Below are positions 58,028 to 64,000 of a stretch of 64,000 nucleotides of DNA, piece by piece (within the stretch, counting starts at the first letter, position 1; each line of letters opens with the position of its first letter). The stretch is taken from NCBI GenBank assembly GCA_023246355.1, contig JAHFIQ010000001.1:222234-286233 (forward strand), in the 5' to 3' direction. Source of the DNA: Candidatus Uhrbacteria bacterium (GTDB lineage Bacteria > Patescibacteriota > Patescibacteriia > UBA9934 > GWF2-40-263). The notes below the pieces were generated by a model. The model searched no databases. It saw nothing but the letters and a program-made list of their open reading frames with translations, and was not told the DNA's origin. A program made the position numbers and the translations under genes.

Positions 58028-58453
58028 ATGACTTTGACCTATAAACGTTCGATCATCTTCGGACTGGCTCTTTCGATGCTCTTCACGAGCTTCAGCCTTG
58101 CCCTCGCAGAAGAGGACACAACCGAGAGCGCGACCACAACTATTTCAGCAGGCCTCGATTCTGCGGCCGAGGGCTCTTACTCTGACACAGCCTCACTCAC
58201 GGAATTCATCGGTAACCTCATTCAAGTTCTGCTCACGGCCACGGGTATTCTCTTCCTGGTTCTCACGGTCTATGCTGGAGTGCTCTACATGACCGCAGCC
58301 GGAGATGAGAACAAGATCAAAAAAGCCAAGGGGATGATCGTGAGTGCACTTATTGGTCTCATTATCATCATCGGTGCCTATGCACTTACAAGTTATGTGA
58401 TCAGCGCGCTTTCCACTGCTTCCACAGCTACTACCGAAGCTTCTACAACCTAA
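58028..58453 (+). CDS. T4SS-pilin-like protein 4
   Basis: YAGVLYMTAAGDENKIKKAKGM..IGLIIIIGAYALTSYVI. Confidence 0.55.
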   Translation: MTLTYKRSIIFGLALSMLFTSFSLALAEEDTTESATTTISAGLDSAAEGSYSDTASLTEFIGNLIQVLLTATGILFLVLTVYAGVLYMTAAGDENKIKKAKGMIVSALIGLIIIIGAYALTSYVISALSTASTATTEASTT

Positions 58454-58478
58454 AACCTAATCCCTACCACCTTAATCT

Positions 58479-58865
58479 ATGAAACACCTTTGGACAAAAT
58501 TCGCTGCCTGGGCCTCCGTGCTTCCCATTCTTCTGCTCCCTGCCGCTGCCATGGCACAACTCTCAAGTGCTTCAGATGAGCTTACTTCCGTTGGAACAGC
58601 GATCGGAACAGACGCGACAACGAATGATCTTCCAGCTCTCATTGGAAACTTGATCAGTGTGCTTCTCTCAGTTCTGGGTATCATCTTTGTCGTGCTGGTT
58701 GTCTACGCCGGTTTCCTGTACCTCACAGCGGCTGGTGATGATGAGAAGGTCAAAAAGGCAAAGAAACTTCTCTCTCAATCTGTCATTGGGCTCGTCATCA
58801 TCATCGCTGCTTACGCGATTGCCAGCTATGTGATCGATGCCCTGTCCACAGCAGCAACGGGTTAA
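58479..58865 (+). CDS. T4SS-pilin-like protein 5
   Basis: YAGFLYLTAAGDDEKVKKAKKL..IGLVIIIAAYAIASYVI. Confidence 0.55.
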   Translation: MKHLWTKFAAWASVLPILLLPAAAMAQLSSASDELTSVGTAIGTDATTNDLPALIGNLISVLLSVLGIIFVVLVVYAGFLYLTAAGDDEKVKKAKKLLSQSVIGLVIIIAAYAIASYVIDALSTAATG

Positions 58866-58959
58866 CAAATCGTCAATCATAAAGCCGATCACACGATCGG
58901 TTTTTTGTTTCCAAAGGAAAACCCGCCGTGGCTAGAAGCCAGGCGGGTCGTTGCACGGG

Positions 58960-59787
58960 TTACCGTGCGGGCCAGTCTCGCCAGAGCGAGTAGGCATTCG
59001 CCGAGAGGTTGCCGCCGGGAGAGGAGGCAGAGCCAGGGCGGCAGTGGAGTGGCGCGTTGTCACCATGGCGCGGGGTGCGCCAGACGGTCTGCAGAGGCAG
59101 CCCAGGCACCTGGATCACCTTCCCGCTTTCACGCAGGTAGGTGAAGGTGAGAGCGTCGCCGCTTCGCCAGGTGGTGTAGAAACCAGTCTGGCGAGCAGGA
59201 TCGAGCACCTTGTAGGGCGTGGCGTCGGGTTCACCGTCACCGTCCAGATCCGCGTAGACTTCGACGAAACCCGAGGGAGCACCTGGCGGCGCCCACACAG
59301 GAACCGGGATCCCGTGGTTCATCACGATCACCCGAGCCTTGCTGGTTCCGCCGCAGCGTTCGTAGGAGCTTCGATCGCCCAGTGCGGTCACGTGAAGCGT
59401 GTCGCCCTCGATCTGCGTGAGGGTCTGGTAGATCGACACGAGACTCGGGCGCTGAACGCTCTGGTAGGGCACGCCGCCGACCACCGCAAAGGTGGTGCGA
59501 GCAGGAGCCGTAGAAGGCACAGAGATCGAAGTCGGTTCTTGACGATCGGCCGTCAGCTTGGCGACCGAGTCGCTGAGGCTCGCGACCTGCTCGCGAATCT
59601 CGACCTGGCCCTCTTGGATCTGACCGAGTTGATCGCTCAGGTCCTCTTGCGCTGCCTCGAGCGCCTGGAACCGAGGCTCGGCCATGCACGCCGCGATGGC
59701 CGCGGCATTGTGGTAGCGGTCCATGCAGGACTTGGCCAGATCCTGCGGCGCATCCGCGAACGCTACCGAGATGATGAGCGCGATCAT
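58960..59787 (-). CDS. high-GC secreted coiled-coil protein, hypothetical
   Basis: Signal peptide; about 66% GC; first gene of a three-gene minus-strand block. Confidence 0.45.
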   Translation of the reverse strand: MIALIISVAFADAPQDLAKSCMDRYHNAAAIAACMAEPRFQALEAAQEDLSDQLGQIQEGQVEIREQVASLSDSVAKLTADRQEPTSISVPSTAPARTTFAVVGGVPYQSVQRPSLVSIYQTLTQIEGDTLHVTALGDRSSYERCGGTSKARVIVMNHGIPVPVWAPPGAPSGFVEVYADLDGDGEPDATPYKVLDPARQTGFYTTWRSGDALTFTYLRESGKVIQVPGLPLQTVWRTPRHGDNAPLHCRPGSASSPGGNLSANAYSLWRDWPAR

Positions 59788-60257
59788 TTCTGCTCCTGGA
59801 TGGCATGAAGGGCGAGGGTCACGTCTTCTTCCGCACAGGCGGCCTGCTCGGCCGGGTTTGCGCGTTTTCGATCCTTGGGACAGGGAACGAGGCTGTTGTC
59901 ATGGGAGACGTTCTGCACCACGGTGGTGCCAAGTCGAGGAAGCGAACCTCCCTGACCGGTCCCCATGTACCAGCCGCTCGTGGTCGAAACCACATCCGCC
60001 GGCGCGTAGCCGTACAGACCAGACCCCGTGACGTAGCCATTGCCGGTCGTGAAACCGACGAAGGTATCCGTCATCTGCAGGTTGACTGGTTGCCCCTTGT
60101 CCATGGCCGCCTGTGCCAGGTCGAAGGACCGCTGTGCTTCCACGATGTCGACGGCCCCCTTGGCCGTTCCGAAGTAGGTGACGACCGGGGGTTCTTCGCC
60201 CACCGGTTGATGGATGGTTGCGCAGCCCACGAGGGCCAGAGGGATGAAGAATCGCAT
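59784..60257 (-). CDS. high-GC lipoprotein, hypothetical
   Basis: Lipobox LALVGC; start at MRFFIP. Confidence 0.45.
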   Translation of the reverse strand: MRFFIPLALVGCATIHQPVGEEPPVVTYFGTAKGAVDIVEAQRSFDLAQAAMDKGQPVNLQMTDTFVGFTTGNGYVTGSGLYGYAPADVVSTTSGWYMGTGQGGSLPRLGTTVVQNVSHDNSLVPCPKDRKRANPAEQAACAEEDVTLALHAIQEQK

Positions 60258-60384
60258 GGTGTTCTCCTTCGAAAAGAACGCTACAAAATACCATAAAAAT
60301 GGCATTTTGTCAATCAAAAACGCTTGAAACCCAATAAAATCAAATAGAAAAGCGGCTCATCCGAAGATGAACCGCCGTAATCGA

Positions 60385-62466
60385 CTACTTCTTGGGGCAG
60401 CCGATTTGCTCTCGCTGGTAGACCGAGATTGGCTGGTCGCAGATGTCCGTATGGCTCTTCTTGGGAGCCGGGGCAGGAGCCGCGACCACAGGCGTGGACG
60501 CGGCCGAGGAGGACTGGTAGCTCAGACCCCAGGGGAACCCTGAGCAGAGGAACCCTGCAGCGATCGTGATGACCATGCCCACCATGAGCGGGCCAACGCC
60601 GCGAATGCGCAAACGCGCGGGAGTCCCGTCGGGTACCTTTCGATACTCGAACCAGGACACGAGTGCGCTGAGTCCCATCAACCCTGCCAGAACCATCGCG
60701 AGCTTGAACCAGCTGGAAATGGTCGACAGACCCTTAACTCCTTGCGCGATGATCGCCACCTCGCTGGGATGAGCCGAGACCCAACCGTAGAGGAAGACGT
60801 TCAAGACCAGGTAGATCGCAAACGCGATGCTGAGCACCTTGCCGCTTTGCACGGCCGCGAGCTCTGCCTCGTAGCGATGGTTCGCCTCCACGTAGAGGAA
60901 ACCGACGGCCACCGTTCCCAGAAGGATCAGCGGAATCGGCAGACGCTGCGCAGGTGGAACTCCTAGCGCGATGGCGATCTGGGTCACCAGGCACATGACC
61001 AGCGTGAAGGCCGCGATCCTGCGACCGTAGGACTTCAGCAGATCCTTCTCATCGTGAAAGATGAACTTCATCCACCCAAACAGTGTCTGGATGAACGGAA
61101 ACGTGCAGGTGACCAGAAACGTGATGACTCCTGCCCACAGCACGTTCAAAGTTGCGGCTTCAGGTGCCGTCACCACGCTTCCACGGAACATCGCCACACC
61201 CTGCAAGGGCATGTTGAGTCCCATGAGGTACATCTTGCCCGCGAGGATCAGCAGCGCGATGAGGATGAGAGCTGGCACCCACACCGTGGCGGACAGTCCG
61301 AGAATCCCCAGACCAACCCACCAGGGACTGGCACCGCTCAGGGTCGCAGCACGACGGAAACGTCGAAGCCCACGAACGACCTTGGTGTAAAGCGGCTGCT
61401 CGCCACCCAACCACTTGTCGATCGCCTGGGTCTCGATCTCCACGAGCACGTCCAAGGAAAACTCTCCCTCGGGCGCTCCCTGACCGATCCGGCTGTGGTA
61501 GCCTTCGCCCAAGAGCTCATTGACGAACTTGGGTTCAGGCTTGCCCTTCAAGAGCGATTCCACCAGTCCCTCAGACTCCTCGCTGTCCAACCAGTCGAGG
61601 AGTCCTTCCCGCTGGAAGCGAGCATAGGACTTCATGTAGGCACGGATGACTTCCCAGGTATGCGGCGACCACTCACCGGCCTTCACAGGCGTGAAGAGCC
61701 GGGTGATGCGATCCAGCACCGAGGTCTCGACTTGGACGCCAGTGGCTTGCACCATCTGGGCCCATTCGGCAACGGTGTAGAGACGAACCGGCGAGGTCTG
61801 GATGACCCTGGTGGGCGGACCCTGAGGCTGGTTGCGACCACCACCCCCACGAGTTTCTTCTCGATGTGGGTTACGAACTTCGTAGTCTGTGACGAACCGC
61901 TGATAGGCCACATCCAGAACGACCGGGTTTCCCCAGGCCGTCATCCGAATGTTCCCTTGGTCGTCACGCGCCACGGGGAAGAACGGGTGTGCCATCCCAT
62001 ACGCGACATGCTCGATGATGGCCACCATGTCCACCGTCTTGTTGCGTTCAGCTGCAGCCGCACCTGCGGGCGAGACGGTCCGGTCAACGGCCGTGTTGAT
62101 CTGACGCTCGATCACGTCGGTTGCGGCTTCGCCCATGCCGATCAAGGCCGGAGCAGAAGCATGCAACGCCAGACGCACGGCGCGAACGATCGGCCGCTGA
62201 TCTCCCGGAAGGAACGTGAGAGCCTTGCGGCTGATGACCTCCGCCGCGATCGTGAAGACCAAGTGCGGAGCGTACTGAAGACCGGGAATGGCGCGAGCCG
62301 CTGCAACCAGGGCCGAGTCCGGACCGAACATCTGTCGATACGCACGCTTGGTGAGCGCGTTCTCGTCGTCACCAGCGGCAATGCCGGCGTCGATCGCCTT
62401 GCGAAATTCTCCCTCGACATGTCGTTCGGCCATTTCTGCGCCGATCCGATCGATGATGCCAGCCAT
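60385..62466 (-). CDS. high-GC large polytopic membrane protein (about 690 aa), hypothetical
   Basis: About 380-aa soluble N-domain followed by 8 or more TM helices; GGAGAG SD; TTGACA-17-TATAAA promoter at 62604..62632. Confidence 0.5.
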   Translation of the reverse strand: MAGIIDRIGAEMAERHVEGEFRKAIDAGIAAGDDENALTKRAYRQMFGPDSALVAAARAIPGLQYAPHLVFTIAAEVISRKALTFLPGDQRPIVRAVRLALHASAPALIGMGEAATDVIERQINTAVDRTVSPAGAAAAERNKTVDMVAIIEHVAYGMAHPFFPVARDDQGNIRMTAWGNPVVLDVAYQRFVTDYEVRNPHREETRGGGGRNQPQGPPTRVIQTSPVRLYTVAEWAQMVQATGVQVETSVLDRITRLFTPVKAGEWSPHTWEVIRAYMKSYARFQREGLLDWLDSEESEGLVESLLKGKPEPKFVNELLGEGYHSRIGQGAPEGEFSLDVLVEIETQAIDKWLGGEQPLYTKVVRGLRRFRRAATLSGASPWWVGLGILGLSATVWVPALILIALLILAGKMYLMGLNMPLQGVAMFRGSVVTAPEAATLNVLWAGVITFLVTCTFPFIQTLFGWMKFIFHDEKDLLKSYGRRIAAFTLVMCLVTQIAIALGVPPAQRLPIPLILLGTVAVGFLYVEANHRYEAELAAVQSGKVLSIAFAIYLVLNVFLYGWVSAHPSEVAIIAQGVKGLSTISSWFKLAMVLAGLMGLSALVSWFEYRKVPDGTPARLRIRGVGPLMVGMVITIAAGFLCSGFPWGLSYQSSSAASTPVVAAPAPAPKKSHTDICDQPISVYQREQIGCPKK

Positions 62467-62603
62467 GGAGTCTCTCCTGTGCGGGATGAACCGCCTTGAG
62501 TTGAAAGGTGCGCGCCCTGCCAGACTGCGAGAGGATTCCCGCAAATTCCGACAGAACAAAAGACCTTCAAAAGTTTGGCTTTCGCCGCACTGAAGAAGGT
62601 CTG

Positions 62604-62632
62604 TTTATACGTGAATTTTCTCAAAATGTCAA
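62604..62632 (-). promoter_or_regulatory. sigma70 promoter for the high-GC island operon
   Basis: Minus strand TTGACA(62627..62632)-17nt-TATAAA(62604..62609). Confidence 0.55.
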
Positions 62633-63813
62633 GGAATCTGTCGTCGAAGGCTAACAAAATCAACCTTTTGTGCGATTCCATCAGTCACGACCTTACGATC
62701 TTGATTACGGCCAATCATCACCCCGCCGACCACCCTCCCTTGCCGTTCAAAGATTTGCGTCACGCCACCTGACTCAATAGACCCGACAAGGTGAACGTGA
62801 TCAGCCGCTGCTTTTTCGACATCTCCGACAAAAATAATTTCTAGTCCAATCGCATTGGTTGCATACGAAGATACGAGTCGAAACTCGGTCTTCTCACCGC
62901 TCATTGTTTTTGCCACACAGCGACCTTGACTCATCGCGTTCATCCAGTTGCCTATCTGGATCTGACGCTCAATTATGGGATCAAAAAATTCTGCGATATC
63001 ACCGGCCGTGTACACGTCAGGAACATTGGTCTCAAGAAACGCATTGGCTTTTACTCCAACTCCTGTTTCAACATGAGCCTCCCGCATCCAAGAAAAATCT
63101 GGTTGAATGCCGATGCCAACTCCCAACAGACTCACGGCGTGCTCTCCAGTTGTTGTCACAACCGATGTGAGTTCCTTCTCTCCTTTCAGTTCTGTGACGC
63201 TTGTGTTTGCCTGAAGCTCCACCTGATGATTTTTGAGATGATTCTCCATAAGCGCTCCAGCTTCAGGCAGAAGTGATCGAGTCCAGAAGTGGGCTCCGCG
63301 ATGAAACAGGGTTGTAGGAATTTGGAAGTGAGAAAAAATATTCAGGTACTCACAGGCAATGAAGCCACCCCCAAAAATCCCTGCGTGTGATCCTGGACCC
63401 TGCTCAGACAAAAGTTGCACGAGGTGATCTGCGTCATCGAGCGTCCGAAAATAGGACACGCCACGCACGTCCTCATCAACCGCTCTCACCTCACCACCCG
63501 TGGCGATCAAGAGTTTGTCGTAGGGAAGCTCACGCCCGTCTGAAAGTCCAACAAACTTATTGCGGGGATCAAGTTGCTTGCAGGTGATTCCTGTAAGCCA
63601 CTCGATGTTCTGCTCTGTGTACCAAGATTCCTTTTTCAAAAAAACCCGCTCACGAACAATTTTGCCTTTCAGATAGTGTGGAAGCAAGACACGTGAATAG
63701 AGTGGATGATGTTCCTCACTGACAAGGGTAATATCCGCGCTCTTGTCACGTTTGCGTAACTCTTCAGCTGCGGTTGTCCCAGCCACTCCTGCGCCGATGA
63801 TTAAAAATCGCAT
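62629..63813 (-). CDS. FAD-dependent pyridine-nucleotide-disulfide oxidoreductase (ferredoxin/NADH reductase-like)
   Basis: N-terminal IIGAGVAGTTAAEELRK; second GxGxxA at IFGGGFIACE. Confidence 0.75.
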   Translation of the reverse strand: MRFLIIGAGVAGTTAAEELRKRDKSADITLVSEEHHPLYSRVLLPHYLKGKIVRERVFLKKESWYTEQNIEWLTGITCKQLDPRNKFVGLSDGRELPYDKLLIATGGEVRAVDEDVRGVSYFRTLDDADHLVQLLSEQGPGSHAGIFGGGFIACEYLNIFSHFQIPTTLFHRGAHFWTRSLLPEAGALMENHLKNHQVELQANTSVTELKGEKELTSVVTTTGEHAVSLLGVGIGIQPDFSWMREAHVETGVGVKANAFLETNVPDVYTAGDIAEFFDPIIERQIQIGNWMNAMSQGRCVAKTMSGEKTEFRLVSSYATNAIGLEIIFVGDVEKAAADHVHLVGSIESGGVTQIFERQGRVVGGVMIGRNQDRKVVTDGIAQKVDFVSLRRQIP

Positions 63814-63837
63814 AGGTCGAATAAGACCAATAGGACC

Positions 63838-64000
63838 TAGAGTTCCGGAAAGAGTTGAACACCAGCCTCATCAAAAATAAAAATCGCAAGCGTTGGACAG
63901 GACTGCGCGGCCAAAATCATATTTTCTTTTTCTTCTTCTGTGACCTCAACAATGCGCTCATAGCTGCGCGGTGTTGGCTCAAGGCCATGATCAAGCACAT
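63838..64000 (-). CDS. small ferredoxin-like protein, C-terminal part (partial at window end)
   Basis: Ends ..ENMILAAQSCPTLAIFIFDEAGVQLFPEL, resembling mono-cluster ferredoxin C-termini; upstream in an operon with the oxidoreductase. Confidence 0.4.

Noticed and set aside
58951-59808. 285-aa plus-strand ORF opposite the secreted coiled-coil gene
   Set aside because: Arg-rich antisense frame of a high-GC gene. The minus-strand frame has a signal peptide and operon context.

Overview
This 64-kb window looks like a small-genome bacterium, possibly a Patescibacteria/CPR-like organism; that lineage call is an inference. The backbone is a non-oxidative pentose-phosphate and glycolysis gene cluster (rpiB, rpe, split transketolase, two PfkB-family kinases, class II aldolase), a cell-wall cluster (DacA-like, SpoIID, flippase, Wzy-like), and a 23S-5S rRNA operon with no adjacent 16S. 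The 23S gene carries a group I intron encoding a LAGLIDADG homing endonuclease. The strongest finding is a complete diversity-generating retroelement (DGR) inserted between the two halves of the split transketolase. It has an RT with the DGR-type GNVTSQ motif, an Avd-like gene on the opposite strand, a 121-bp template repeat (TR), and a 121-bp variable repeat (VR) at the 3' end of a high-GC target gene. TR and VR differ at 18 positions, every one a TR adenine on the coding strand. A GC-rich nested hairpin sits just downstream of the VR. At least five high-GC (about 62-66%) minus-strand genes or operons are scattered through the plus-strand housekeeping genes, each with a near-consensus sigma70 promoter with a 17-nt spacer. 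Two of these share a conserved ~90-nt leader with compensatory stem changes, and one (2707..3651) is a paralog of the DGR target. Other features are a RAYT transposase with five REP copies (two invading coding sequence), five tandem T4SS-pilin-like paralogs next to a 3.6-kb high-GC envelope-protein island, four type II toxin-antitoxin pairs, five tRNAs (one with a duplicated 3' end suggesting an att remnant), and several terminators.
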